Shown here one piece after another: positions 45,653-56,372 of a DNA stretch of 64,000 nt. Every line of letters begins with the position of its first letter. Positions within the stretch are counted from its first letter, which is position 1. Source of the DNA: an uncultured virus (IMG/VR IMGVR_UViG_3300043811_000078) (taxonomy: Duplodnaviria > Heunggongvirae > Uroviricota > Caudoviricetes); IMG/VR virus record IMGVR_UViG_3300043811_000078; one strand, written 5' to 3'. The position numbers were made by a program, and so were the translations under genes. Below the pieces are notes generated by a model. The model was given only the letters and a program-made list of their open reading frames with translations. It was not told where the DNA came from and made no database searches.

Positions 45653-48600
45653 TTACGCCCCGCCGACTGCCATGGCCAGGCGCCGCTCGATCTCCGCCAT
45701 CTGCTCCGCGTTCGGCAGCTGCGTGCCCACGAAGTTCACCGTCACTGGCGGCCGGGTCCCGCCGCCGGACTGCCCCGAGGTCATCTGCTGCACGAGCCTG
45801 AGGAACGCGACCGACTGGTCCGGGGTCAGGACCGCTTCCGGTTGCCCGGTGAGGTTCGGCGGTCCCGTCATCCACCCTCCGCTGTCGAACGAGCCCCAGC
45901 CCATCGCGTGGTAGACGGCGTTGGCCGAGGACATCCGCTGCGGCAGTGACGCGGACAGGTTCGCGGGCTTCTCGTAGTAGTCCTGGTACAGCAGCGCCGC
46001 GTTGCTCGGCGACGTGGCCCGGTTGACGATCCCGAGGCCGCCGCCCCACGACAGGATCGCGTTGAGCTGCGTCATCAGGTCCGCCTGCGCATTGCCGGTG
46101 ATGTAGCCGGGCGGGTAGGGCGTCCACTGGATCAGGCCGCCTCCGCCGCCGCCTCCGGTCTCCAGGATCTCCGGGTCGCCACCCGACTCGGCGTCGATAT
46201 TTCCTGTTATGCCCGCCGCTGCGTACTTTGTCGCACCGTGGGAGGCGAGGAACGACGCGATCGGCTTCCAGTTGGCCGGCAGGCTCCCGGTCGCCCCGCT
46301 GCTGCCGCCCGGCAGGCTCCCGCCTCCGCCGGACACCGACCCGGACAGCTTCCGCGCCAGATCGGTGATCAGCGCCTTCGGGATGCCGGTCATGATCTTG
46401 CCCAGATCACCGGCGGCGCCGGTGCCGATCATCTTCGCAGCCGCGTTCGTGAACGCCGCCGTGTTGCCCGTCGCGATGGCCGCGACCATCTTCGCGATGT
46501 CGAGCGCCCCGCCGATTGCGCCGGAGACCGCATGCCCGGCGTCGCTGGCAGCGTGCGACAGCCAGCCCGGGACAAGGCCGCCACCGGCGAACATCCCCGC
46601 CGTCGCCACGTGCTCGGCAGGACGCTCGACGGTGTGCTTGCGCAGTTCTTTCAGCGGCAGCTTCACCGCCATCTTCGCCACCGCGTCGTGACCGCCCGGT
46701 GCCGCCGATGACGGCGGGTACGCCTTGTTGAGCGCGTCGATCGTGGGCTTCCCGCCGACCGCCCGGGTCGCCTGCGGGGTCAGGATCCCCTCACCGCCGC
46801 TCACCGCCGCCAGGTGATTGTCCCTCCCCGGCGACCAGCCGGGCACGACGCCGCCGTGCGCCAGCGCGGGGATGACCGGGAGCTTCAGCGACCCGAGGCC
46901 GATCGCCTTGACGACCGAATCCCACAGCTTCGCGATGCCGTCGTCGTACACGGTGCTGATCAGGAAGTTCACCGGCGTCTTGAAGACAGATTCGAGTTTG
47001 CCCCACACCGTGCCGAACCCGGAGACGAACGTGCGCGCCCCCGACTCGATGCCCTGCCATACCGGGTCGAAAACGTTGTGCCACATCCACAGGGCCGCGT
47101 TCTCCAGCCCGGCGATATCGGTCTTGATGTCCTGGATGACCGGCGCGATGCCGCTGGAGTACAGCCGCTGCGCCCCCGCCGAGATCCCCTGCCATACCGG
47201 GTCGAGCACGTCATGCCACAGCCAGTCCGCCACGTCGCCGATCTGGCGGAACCCGGTCCCGAAGTCCGTGCTCAGCTCGTCCAGCGCCCCGGACGTGAAC
47301 TCGCCGAAGGCCTTCGCGACGGGTGCGAGGCCGCCGGTGCTGAGCCCGAGGAGTGCCGCGACCGCGCGGCCGATCACGTCGATCACCTTGCCGGTCCCGG
47401 TGACGAGCCGTGCCAGCGGCGGCAGGATGAACCCGAGCTCGGCGGAGGTCAGCCGCAGGTTCGCCCGCAGGCCCGCTGCGAGGATGTCAGCGAACCCGGT
47501 GATCAGCGGCATCAGCGACTGGAGCACGGGCACCAGCGCGGTCGCGAGCTGCGCGATCATCTGCCCGAGCTGCGGCAGCACCGGGGCGAGCGCGACAGCG
47601 ATCTTGCTCACCGCCTGCCCGAGAACACCCAGCAGCGGGCCCACCCCGACAAGTGCCGCGGCGAGGCCCTGGCCGAGTGCCCCGGTCAGCGCCCGGAACC
47701 CGGGCAGGAGCGCCGAGAGGGCCGGTGCCAGCGCGGACGCCAGTGCCCCGATCACCTGCCCTAGCGGGCCGCCGATGGCGGCCAGGGCCGACCCGAGGGT
47801 AGAAAACACGGACGACAGCGACGAGGTGAACGGGGCGAGGCCCTTCTCCAGCCCGGTGAGGCCGTCCGCCAGGCCGGCCAGCAGGTTCGCCAGCCCGTCG
47901 ACCGCGCCCTTCTTGCTGCCGACGACGGCGAGTTCCCGGATGAACCCGGCGAACGCCGGGAGCACGATGTCAGTGAACCGGATGCCGTTGCTGATCAGCC
48001 CGTCGAGGACCTTCGCGAACGCGGGCGTCTGCATCTGCTTCCCGAACGCCCCGAACGCGCCCGAGATGGCGGCGCCCATCCGGCCTACCCCGGACTCGAT
48101 CGAGGGCAGCAGCGACTTGATGCCCTGCAGCCAGATCGTCATGCCGGGCAGCACCGTGTTCTGCGCGATGCTCTCCAGGGTCCGGAACGCGGGCTCGAGG
48201 CCGAGGAAGACGTTGACGAACGCCCGGCCGGCGGGGGTGAGCTTGCTCATGTCCAGGGCGAACTGGTTCGCGCTGGAGTTGGCCGTGGACATCATCGACG
48301 CCCACTGGAGCTGCTGCTCCTTGATCGTGTTCGTCACGTTCTGCTGGGCGATCGCGACGGACTGGGCGTCCATCTTCTGCTGGTACGCCGCCTGCTCCTG
48401 TGCCGACGCCACCTGCATCTGCGCCTGCTTGACCTGCTCGGCGTTGTTGAGCTCAACGTTGGTGACGTTGACCTGGGCGTCCTTGTAGGACTGCAGTGAG
48501 TCGGTGAGGGAGTCCTGCGCGGCCAGGAGCGCCTGCTTGGCCTGGATCACCACCTGCGACCCGTCGACGCCCTGGCTGTTGGCCAGGTTCGCCGAGGTCT

Positions 48601-49871
48601 GCGCGTCCGACTCGCTGGCGGTCGCGTCGGTGACCTGCTGCTTGGCCTGTGCCACGGCCAGGGCCGCCTGCTCGCGGTCAAGATCGGTCGAGTAGGCGTT
48701 CTGATTGACGAGCAGCTCGTTGTATTCCGCCTGCTGCACCGCCAGGCTCGCGGACTTCACGTTCAGTTTCGCGTCGGCCAGGGCGTCGTTTTCCTGGACG
48801 ATCGCCTCGCGGGCCGACACGTACGCCTGCCCGAGGGTGTACTGCGCCTCGCCGAGGTTGTACGTGGACTGCTGGACCTGCTGCTGCGCCTGCCCGACAG
48901 CCTGGATCGCCTGGACCTGCGCCGCGGCGGCGTTCCGCTCGGTGCTGGCCAGGTTCATCTGCGCCTGCTCGATGGACTGCGCGGACGTGATCTGGTCCTG
49001 CGCGGACTGCTCGGATGCCTGGGCGACGCCCTGCTGCGCCTGCTGCACCTGGACGGAGTCGGAGAACTGCTGGGCGGCGAGTTGCTGGCTCGTCATCCCG
49101 ACGTTCTGCGACGCCTCATGGCTGGCCTCGAGAGCTTTCGCGATCCCGGAGAACGCCAGGTACCCGGTGCCGCCGAGCAGTCCCAGCCCGGTCGCCGCGC
49201 CCGCGAACCCCGGCGACAGGGCGGCGAGGCCGGTCGCGATGCCGCCGATCATCCCGCCGGGAAAGTCCGGCACGGAGAAGCCGCCGCCGCTTTCGTCTTC
49301 CTCGTCCTGCAGTGCCTTGATCTGCGCCTGCAGGGCGGCGATCTTCATCTCGGCCGGGGTGGCGTCCGCGTCGATGGTGATGCCCTGCTTCTGCAGCCGC
49401 AGGATCGCAAGCTGCATCTTCAGGTCATCGATCGCCCCCTTGGCGGAGGCGTCGTCCGCGCCGATCTCTACCTCGGCATGGGAGCCGTCAAGGTCATCGC
49501 GGCTGGCCTTGACGTCATCAAGGTCGGCCTTGGCCTCATCGGCGTCGGCGGCGACCTTGAGACTGGCGTCGCTGCCGTCTAGCTCGTTCCGGCTGGCCTT
49601 GACGTCATCAAGGTCGGCCTTGGCCTCATCGGCGTCGGCGGTGACCTTGATCTCGGCCTTGCTGCCGTCGAGGTCGTCTTTTTTCTCCCTGACCTCATCG
49701 AGGCCGTCTTTCGCTTCCTCGGTGTCGGCGGTGACGGTGATCTTGACCTTGCCCTCGACGCCCTCGGTCGCTTCCTGGACCTTGGCTTCGAGTTCCTCGG
49801 CGAAACCGTCCAGATCGGGCGATACCGTGACGTAGGCACTGGCAATGCCTTAATCGGAAGCCTTCCGGCAT
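45653..49871 (-). CDS. Tape measure protein with C-terminal phage-tail lysozyme domain; frame break near the start
   Basis: About 1400-codon A/Q/G-rich frame with W/F periodicity and 30-aa N-terminal repeats; AGITGNIDAESG..GLIQWT; ATG at 49871 is out of frame. Confidence 0.9.
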
Positions 49872-49907
49872 CCTGACATCACCTCCCTCCAGCGGGGGTC
49901 AGCCGCC

Positions 49908-50626
49908 TCAGCCGAAGGAAAATATGCCGCGGAACGCCGGGTCGGCCTGGATCGTCGCCCGCGTCCCCGGATTGACCTGCCGCGACGGCGCGGCACGGCG
50001 CGCGGCCGGCGGCGCTCCCCGGGGTGTCTCGTGTGCTTGCATCACCCGCGCCCGCATCACGCCCTCGTACGCGGGCAGCCGCCACGCCAGCCGGAAGAAC
50101 CGGGCACCCGGCATCGACCAGATGTCATCCACCCGGTGGATCGCCGACATATCCGACTCGATGTCGGCGAGATGATCACGGACCCACTGCAGCTGCGCCA
50201 TCCGGCGCGTCAGCGGTTTGGGGACTCCTCATCCTCCAGCGCGCCCATCGTCTTGTCCCGGCACACCTCGACGAGCCGCAGGTAGTCCTTCCACGACACG
50301 GCTTTCTCCCGCATCAGCCGCCGCAGCACCGCCCACCCGTCATCGCCGAGCATCGCGCCCATGAAGTAGTCCTCGGCGTACGCCTCGCCGCGTACCGCCC
50401 CGATGTGCATCGCCTCGATGGCGATACCGGGACCCGGGTCGGCGGGGATCGTCCACGCCACGTCGTCGACGTAGAACAGCGGCTCCCGTTCCTCCTCGGG
50501 AGGCTCCGCGGGGATGGTGAAGCGCGGCGCGCCGGCGGCCGGGGGCTGCGGGGGTGCCGCGGGGATCGCTGCCCGGGGCGCGCGGGCCGGGCGCGATCTC
50601 GCCCCGGCCTTGACTGTTGCTGCCAT
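49908..50626 (-). CDS. Tail assembly chaperone pair (50210..50626 plus -1 frameshift extension to 49908)
   Basis: Between major tail and tape measure genes; slippery C CCA AAC at 50216-50222. Confidence 0.8.
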
Positions 50627-50726
50627 TGCTCCCTTTACGGGTCGCGGCGGACTGGGACATGCGGAAGCCCGGCGCGGGATCTGCTCCCGGTACCGGGCCG
50701 CGATGGACGATACGGGTGCGTTAGCC

Positions 50727-51329
50727 CTAACTGTCCTCATCGGTGATGTGCACCGGGTTGATTGAGGTACTCACGAAATACGCCGTGAACGTCACATCAA
50801 GTGACTCTTGCGTCTTTTTGTCATACGCCAGCGTCGCCTTGACCTGCGACAGCACCTTGCGGACGATGATGCGGCGGAGCGCAGGGAGTCCCGTCGACAA
50901 GGTGGGTGCCCACCCGTAGATGCACAGCGCCACATACGACGGCTGCGTGGACGTCGCGCCCACCGGGATGTCGAACGTGTTGTAGCCGCTGCCGGAGCCG
51001 GTGATCCCGATGCCGTTCATCGCCGTGTTCAGGTTCGCCAGCGTCATCTCCGACATCTTCGTGGCGACCGTGATCTTCGTCTCGGTCAGCCGCGCGCCCG
51101 GGGACATGGTGAGCTGGTCGACCGAGAAGTCGGTGTAGGTGAGATCCGCCTCGAAGGTCACGCCGCCGTCAGTCGCGCCGATGTCTGCCCACGGCGACGC
51201 GGGAGGCGTCGTGTAGCCCTGCGGGGAGACGACCGCATCGGTCGGCTCGGTGGTGCCGAACGGGGCGACGAAGAATCCGGACGTCGGACCCATAATCAGG
51301 TTTACCGCATTGACTCCGATTGGGATCAT
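50727..51329 (-). CDS. Major tail tube protein
   Basis: WADIGATDGGV...VDQ...MSEMTLANL...RRIIVRK. Confidence 0.85.
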   Translation of the reverse strand: MIPIGVNAVNLIMGPTSGFFVAPFGTTEPTDAVVSPQGYTTPPASPWADIGATDGGVTFEADLTYTDFSVDQLTMSPGARLTETKITVATKMSEMTLANLNTAMNGIGITGSGSGYNTFDIPVGATSTQPSYVALCIYGWAPTLSTGLPALRRIIVRKVLSQVKATLAYDKKTQESLDVTFTAYFVSTSINPVHITDEDS

Positions 51330-51360
51330 CCCCTTTGGGCGGGCCGTTTACCGGCGCATG

Positions 51361-51384
51361 AAAAAAGCCCGCACGCTGGCGGGC
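51361..51384 (-). terminator. Intrinsic terminator upstream of the major tail gene
   Basis: GCCCGC-cagcgt-GCGGGC-TTTTTT on the minus strand. Confidence 0.8.
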
Positions 51385-51410
51385 CGGAAGACGGGAGTGC
51401 GGTAAGCGGG

Positions 51411-51779
51411 TCAGTAGACGCCGACGTTCTGCAGCAGGGCGACAGTCACCGCCGAGACGGTCCCGAACGTCACCTCGATGAGGTTCCCGGGCTGCACGTC
51501 CTCGTCACCGGGGAACGGCCCGATCACGTTGATCGCAGACGAGACCAGCGCCGGGGTGAGGGACGTCACCGGCTCGCCCTCGACCGTGGTCCCGATCGCG
51601 ATGGAGCACGTCGAGGCGCCCGACGTGACGTTCGCGTACAGCACTTCCTTGCCGGTGTTCACGAACGAGACGCCCGTGTAGCCGGTGAGCACCCCGGCAG
51701 CCAGCAGGCTGGTGAGGTTCAGCGGCGCGCTCGCCCCCGTCTTCGGGAGCTGTGTCGCGGTGAGGGACAGCAGTGCCAT
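51411..51779 (-). CDS. Virion structural protein
   Basis: SFVNTGKEVLY...IGPFP; RBS GAAGGAG. Confidence 0.7.
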   Translation of the reverse strand: MALLSLTATQLPKTGASAPLNLTSLLAAGVLTGYTGVSFVNTGKEVLYANVTSGASTCSIAIGTTVEGEPVTSLTPALVSSAINVIGPFPGDEDVQPGNLIEVTFGTVSAVTVALLQNVGVY

Positions 51780-51782
51780 CGG

Positions 51783-51953
51783 TCAGGCTCCTTCGGTGGT
51801 CTTGCCGGACGGCTTCGCCGCGGCGGTCTTCGGGGGCGCGGCGGGGTTCTCGTCCTCGATGAGGAGTCCCTGGCTGCGCAGGCCCGGCAGCTCGTGGTCC
51901 TCCACCTCGATCGGGTCGGCGAACATGGTGACCCGGACCTTCTGCTTGGCCAT
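51783..51953 (-). CDS. Small protein
   Basis: MAKQKVRVTM...LRSQGLL. Confidence 0.6.
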   Translation of the reverse strand: MAKQKVRVTMFADPIEVEDHELPGLRSQGLLIEDENPAAPPKTAAAKPSGKTTEGA

Positions 51954-51964
51954 GGATGCTCCGT

Positions 51965-52465
51965 TCAGGGCAGGACGTCGCCGGGGGTCCGCCACACGAC
52001 CTGCATGTCGCACAGGTAATGGGCGTAGTCGGCGGCGTCGGCGTAGTCGCGGCGCGGCTCGGTCAGGAAGTACGCGCTGTCCACGACGGCGGACGGGTAG
52101 GCGACGCCGTTCGCGGTCAGGGTGAGCAGCCGGTTGAAGCCGGTGCGCTGCAGGGTGGCGTAGCGGATCGTCTCGATCAGCACGTTCGCCATGCCCCACG
52201 GGGGCTTGTTACTGCCGGGCACGGCCGCCCACGCGTCGACCTGGAGGACGGGTTTCTTCACCGGCAGGTACGGGTCAGGGCTGCCGCCGACGACGGAGAT
52301 CGTCACGAACCCGGTCTGGATCCACGGGGCAGGCTTGCCGGCAGGTGTCACGTCGGGGGGGAGGGTCGTGGCGACCATCTGCGGCGAGAGACCGTCAATT
52401 GAGGCGATCCACGCGGCCACGACCAGTTCTGAGGTCGCCAGGAGGGGGAGCGCGGGGGCGGTCAT
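51965..52465 (-). CDS. Tail terminator-like protein
   Basis: GFVTISVVGG...LQVDAWA; synteny. Confidence 0.7.
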   Translation of the reverse strand: MTAPALPLLATSELVVAAWIASIDGLSPQMVATTLPPDVTPAGKPAPWIQTGFVTISVVGGSPDPYLPVKKPVLQVDAWAAVPGSNKPPWGMANVLIETIRYATLQRTGFNRLLTLTANGVAYPSAVVDSAYFLTEPRRDYADAADYAHYLCDMQVVWRTPGDVLP

Positions 52466-52485
52466 GGATCGCCTCCCTGGCTAAG

Positions 52486-53064
52486 GTGAGCGCGGTCTAC
52501 GATGGCCCGGTGGAACGCAGAACATGGACAGTGACGGACAAGGCGGCGTGGGGTCCGGGGCCGTGGCGGGATGAGCCCGACAAGGAGCAGTTCACCGACG
52601 AGGCCACCGGCCTGCCGTGCCTGATCGTGCGGAACTCAGCTGGCGCCCTGTGCGGTTACGTGGGCGTCGGCGAGGGTCACCCCTGGTTCGGGAAGGACCC
52701 CGGCGACCTGGAGACCCGCACTGCCTTCGAGGTCGACTACGCGGATCTCTGCCAGGAAGGCCCGGAGGCGGAGACGATCTGCCATGTCCCCGCGCCCGGC
52801 GAGCCTGACCGGGTCTGGTGGCTGGGGTTTCACTGCAGTCACGCATGGGACATCTCGCCCGGCATCGAGGCCCGCGAAGAATCCCTGCACGGCTGGGAGC
52901 CGGTCAGGCTCGCCGGCGCGTCGTACAAGACTGCCGCCTGCGTCAAGGTCCTGTGTGCGGTACTGGCGGCAGATGCGGTCGCGGCAGCGCGCTCTAGTCG
53001 CCGCGCTCTTGATAGAGCGCAGGGCGCAGGAAACTGTGCGGGGGGACCGATTCGGGGCCTGTGA
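52486..53064 (+). CDS. Hypothetical phage protein (opposite-strand insert)
   Basis: WGPGPWRDEPD...LCGYVGV...HP...WWLGFHCSH. Confidence 0.7.
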   Translation: MSAVYDGPVERRTWTVTDKAAWGPGPWRDEPDKEQFTDEATGLPCLIVRNSAGALCGYVGVGEGHPWFGKDPGDLETRTAFEVDYADLCQEGPEAETICHVPAPGEPDRVWWLGFHCSHAWDISPGIEAREESLHGWEPVRLAGASYKTAACVKVLCAVLAADAVAAARSSRRALDRAQGAGNCAGGPIRGL

Positions 53065-53461
53065 CACGAGTTGACGGGTGAAACACCCTATGTCCCATTT
53101 CTACAAAAAGGGCATACGTGCGGCCTTCGTCCTCGACGTGGTGCACGGCCCGCGTCGTCAGCGACCCGGCGTTCCGTCCCGGGTCCGGGTGCGTGAGCGA
53201 TGCCGTCCGCTCACTGAGCCGTCCCGGCCTGCGGGAGACGTACAGGTTCCCGTCGCTGTCCTCGCCGCCGCCGGACGCCGACACGATGATGTCCTCGTCC
53301 TCCATGTGATGCTCGATGGAGGCCTTGAGAGCGCCGGTACGCACCGGGCAGTAGCGGCGCGCATCGTCGGCGATGTCCGGGCCGAGGCGCTCGTCGCCGA
53401 ACGTCTCCCACGCGACCATGACCTGCTCGCGCCATCCGGGGTCGATCTCGACACGCGCCAT
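52994..53461 (-). CDS. HK97 gp10-like neck protein
   Basis: PVRTGALKASI...YALFVEMG...FLRPAL. Confidence 0.85.
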   Translation of the reverse strand: MARVEIDPGWREQVMVAWETFGDERLGPDIADDARRYCPVRTGALKASIEHHMEDEDIIVSASGGGEDSDGNLYVSRRPGRLSERTASLTHPDPGRNAGSLTTRAVHHVEDEGRTYALFVEMGHRVFHPSTRVTGPESVPPHSFLRPALYQERGD

Positions 53462-53840
53462 AGGGCACCTCCCGCGCAGTACGGTCAGAGCATGGACCTG
53501 AACCGCGCGACCGGGTACCCGCCGGAGGATCACCAGGCGATCACCGAAGGCTGCACCTGCCCCGGGCGGTTCCGGCACCGGCACGACATGTGCTGCGAAT
53601 GGGTGCTGCGCGGCGCAGGGCTGCTGGCCGCCGAGAGCACGCCCGGGCAGGTAACCGGCGGCCAGTGAAGATAAACCTGACCGTTGAGGAAGCAGACCGT
53701 CTCGCGCAAGAGCGGCGAGTCGGGATGTGCAAGGTGTACGAGGCGATCCTGACCATGGGGACCGCGCAGCGGGTGATCGTCCGCCATACGCTCGGCGAGC
53801 TTGCTATCCGGCTCGATTACGTCACCAAGGAGAAACAGCA

Positions 53841-54248
53841 GTGATCAGCAAAGCACGGGCGGCCATGGGGCTGGGGCTGGCCGCCGCGGCCATGAGCGTG
53901 GCCGGGTGCGCGTCCGCTCATGCCGCTACCCCGGTCCCCTCGGCGGCGGGTGCCTCCGATGTGCCCGCCGGGTGGACGACAGTCAGCACCCCGGACGCGA
54001 ACGCGCTGGCGTTCCGCTGCGCGCTGTCTGGCGGCATCCTGTCGGTCACGGTATGGAACATCTCGGCGGTCCAGGAGCAAGCCTGGCATCTCGTCGTGCC
54101 GATGTTCGACGGCGGCCAGCAGATCGGCACGCTCGATGACGGCGACTACGACATCGGCGACAACGAAGTGCAGCCCCAGCAGAAGATGACGTTCACGGAG
54201 CAGGTCACCGGGCCCGCCACGTCATGCCAGGTCACCGGGAATGACTGA
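53841..54248 (+). CDS. Lipoprotein
   Basis: Lipobox VAGC; RBS AAGGAG. Confidence 0.65.
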   Translation: MISKARAAMGLGLAAAAMSVAGCASAHAATPVPSAAGASDVPAGWTTVSTPDANALAFRCALSGGILSVTVWNISAVQEQAWHLVVPMFDGGQQIGTLDDGDYDIGDNEVQPQQKMTFTEQVTGPATSCQVTGND

Positions 54249-54403
54249 CCCGGCGGTGAAATGGAGCGGGATGCTGAGAAGCAGGCTGGTCCTGGTGGCC
54301 ATGTGGGCCGGGGTGGCGATCATCGTCGCCATCATCATGTACGTGAACTCCAGGCGGAGTTGCGGGCCGAACGGCTTGCGGCGATCGAGTCCGCGCGACG
54401 GGC

Positions 54404-54820
54404 CTAGGAGACTGCCGGGAGGTCACCTTCGGCACCGACGGCCAGCATGCGCACGGGCAGCGTGACGGTGACCGTCACCATTTCCCTCTGCGGATGAAAG
54501 TCCAGCTCGTGCAGCTTGATGCCGCCCTGGGTGAGCACCGAGACGCCGTTGATCCGCACGTCGTCCGGGACGATGATCGTCGACGCCATGCTGTCATCGC
54601 TGGTGGTCCGCCCGCGCTCGATGATCTCCATGGTCACCGCGAGCGGGGGCTTAGCGCCGAACGCCTCGCGGCGTGCCCGCTGGAGCGACAGGATCAGCCG
54701 GTCCAGTTCGTGCGCCGAGAACTCCGGCTGGCCCGCGCCAGCCTGGCAGCAGCCATCGGACCAGGCGACCTCGAAGTCCGCGCCGTCCTCGTCACGGCTC
54801 TTGAAGACCTCGCGGGGCAT
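54404..54820 (-). CDS. Hypothetical protein
   Basis: ORF with codon bias. Confidence 0.55.
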   Translation of the reverse strand: MPREVFKSRDEDGADFEVAWSDGCCQAGAGQPEFSAHELDRLILSLQRARREAFGAKPPLAVTMEIIERGRTTSDDSMASTIIVPDDVRINGVSVLTQGGIKLHELDFHPQREMVTVTVTLPVRMLAVGAEGDLPAVS

Positions 54821-54867
54821 AAGTCTCCGATCTCTACGGGCTCATCCGCGCTGGTGACGCCGGGCGG

Positions 54868-55290
54868 TTACGTGTCCCCGGCGACAGCGACGCCGGACCT
54901 GAGCCGCAGCGTGAGGATGGTGCGCGGCGGGTAGTACCCGAGACCCGGCTCCTGCTGCAGGTCCTCGATCATGTAGGCCCATCCCGTGGCGGGATCAACG
55001 ATCGTGTCCGTCTCCTCGACGCCGGCCCATCCGGGCATGATGCACTTGATCGCCCGGATGACGGACAGCCGCTGGGTGGCCGCGTCGAACGCGGTCTGCG
55101 ACGTCTCGGCGATGGCCGCCGGGACCCCCGTCAGGTACGGCGTGCCCACGTCAGACTCGTCGCCGTAGGCGTTCGCCGTGGTGCCGCGGAGAACGGTCAC
55201 CCTGCGGTTCATGAACCGCAGCACCGAGGACGACCCGGCGCCGGAACCGGGGCTTCCGCCGCCGGGTGACGGCGGCCGCGCCCTGGCCAT
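54868..55290 (-). CDS. Head closure/head-tail adaptor
   Basis: VTVLRGTTANAYGD; synteny. Confidence 0.65.
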   Translation of the reverse strand: MARARPPSPGGGSPGSGAGSSSVLRFMNRRVTVLRGTTANAYGDESDVGTPYLTGVPAAIAETSQTAFDAATQRLSVIRAIKCIMPGWAGVEETDTIVDPATGWAYMIEDLQQEPGLGYYPPRTILTLRLRSGVAVAGDT

Positions 55291-56213
55291 CACATAATCC
55301 GTTTGAACGGATCGAGTGCCATCTCGCTCTCGGTCGCCAGCGACCCGAGGCCGCCGGGGAGCATCCCGGATGAGGACTGGGCGGCGATCGCCGTGATCGC
55401 CTCCAGTGCCATCACCGCCGCCGTCAGGGCCGCGGCGTGGAGGGCGGCGAGCGGGATCGCCGTGAACACCGCGCCGGGGCCGTGGGCGTACTCCAGCGGC
55501 GACGCGAGGGTGAGCGTCCCCGGTCCCGCCTGCACCGTGCCGCCGGCACCGGGAAGCTGCACCGGAGCGGTCGCCGCCGCTGCGGTGACCGACGCGCATT
55601 CGGTCGCCGGGCCGTCGAGAATGAACCCGGCCCATCCGTCCCACCCGGTCACGTCGTCGACCGGCACGGACTCCGCGCCCGCGTCGACCTGCCCTGTGAC
55701 GCCGGCATGCGGGTAGCCCGAGGTGGCCGACAGGGAGACGAGCAGGCCGCCCCTGCCGTAGTCCCGGTTGATGTAGCGGGGCGCGATGTCGACCGCGCTG
55801 CCGCCGGACGGCCCGTACACCGGGTTGCCTGAGGCTGGCTGGAGGACCGGCGTGCGGATCCGGCACTGGTTCGCGGGGACCGGCGTCCACTGCGGCGGGA
55901 ATGCTCTTGCCTGCGACACCTGGACCGCGTTGACCGCGATCACCGGCCACTGGCGGGTGATCAGCGTGGCGATCCCCGTGTTCCGGTCGACTGCGACGCG
56001 GGGCATTCCCGGCCCGGGGTTCTGCTCGGTGACCGCTACTGCACGCAGGGGCTGCCCGAGGTAGCCGTCGACCAGGGACGTGGCTGTCTGGCAGGTGATG
56101 GCGAGCTGCGCGTGCCGCGTTACCGCGTCGGCGGTCAGGGCCGGGACCACATCCCAGGCCAGTCCGGCGGGGTGATTAAGGAGGATCTGCGGCGTTATGT
56201 AACTCGTTGCCAT
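55290..56213 (-). CDS. Head-tail connector-like protein
   Basis: ATSLVDGYLGQPL...LDPFKR; synteny. Confidence 0.7.
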   Translation of the reverse strand: MATSYITPQILLNHPAGLAWDVVPALTADAVTRHAQLAITCQTATSLVDGYLGQPLRAVAVTEQNPGPGMPRVAVDRNTGIATLITRQWPVIAVNAVQVSQARAFPPQWTPVPANQCRIRTPVLQPASGNPVYGPSGGSAVDIAPRYINRDYGRGGLLVSLSATSGYPHAGVTGQVDAGAESVPVDDVTGWDGWAGFILDGPATECASVTAAAATAPVQLPGAGGTVQAGPGTLTLASPLEYAHGPGAVFTAIPLAALHAAALTAAVMALEAITAIAAQSSSGMLPGGLGSLATESEMALDPFKRIM

Positions 56214-56281
56214 GCTGCCCCCCGCCGCCTATGCTCGTGATCGCGGGAGGCCGGGGGCCGTACAGGAATCAGGCACCGTGC

Positions 56282-56352
56282 GGGCCGGTAGGCGCCTAGG
56301 TCGCCGGGCGCCCGGAGATCGGAGTTTGCGGGTTCGAGTCCCGCGCGGCCTC
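56282..56352 (+). ncRNA. Degenerate tRNA-like element
   Basis: GGGCCG/CGGCCT acceptor, perfect T arm GCGGG-TTCGAGT-CCCGC, no canonical anticodon arm. Confidence 0.5.
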
Positions 56353-56372
56353 CCGCGCCTAGCATTGGCCCC

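Noticed and set aside
49490..49700. 90-nt periodic repeats as a second array
   Set aside because: In-frame 30-aa repeats of the tape measure N-terminus
46814..49835. Long + strand ORFs (46818..48488, 48705..49835; similarly 36567..38399 and 60579..61997)
   Set aside because: Antisense shadows of GC-rich genes
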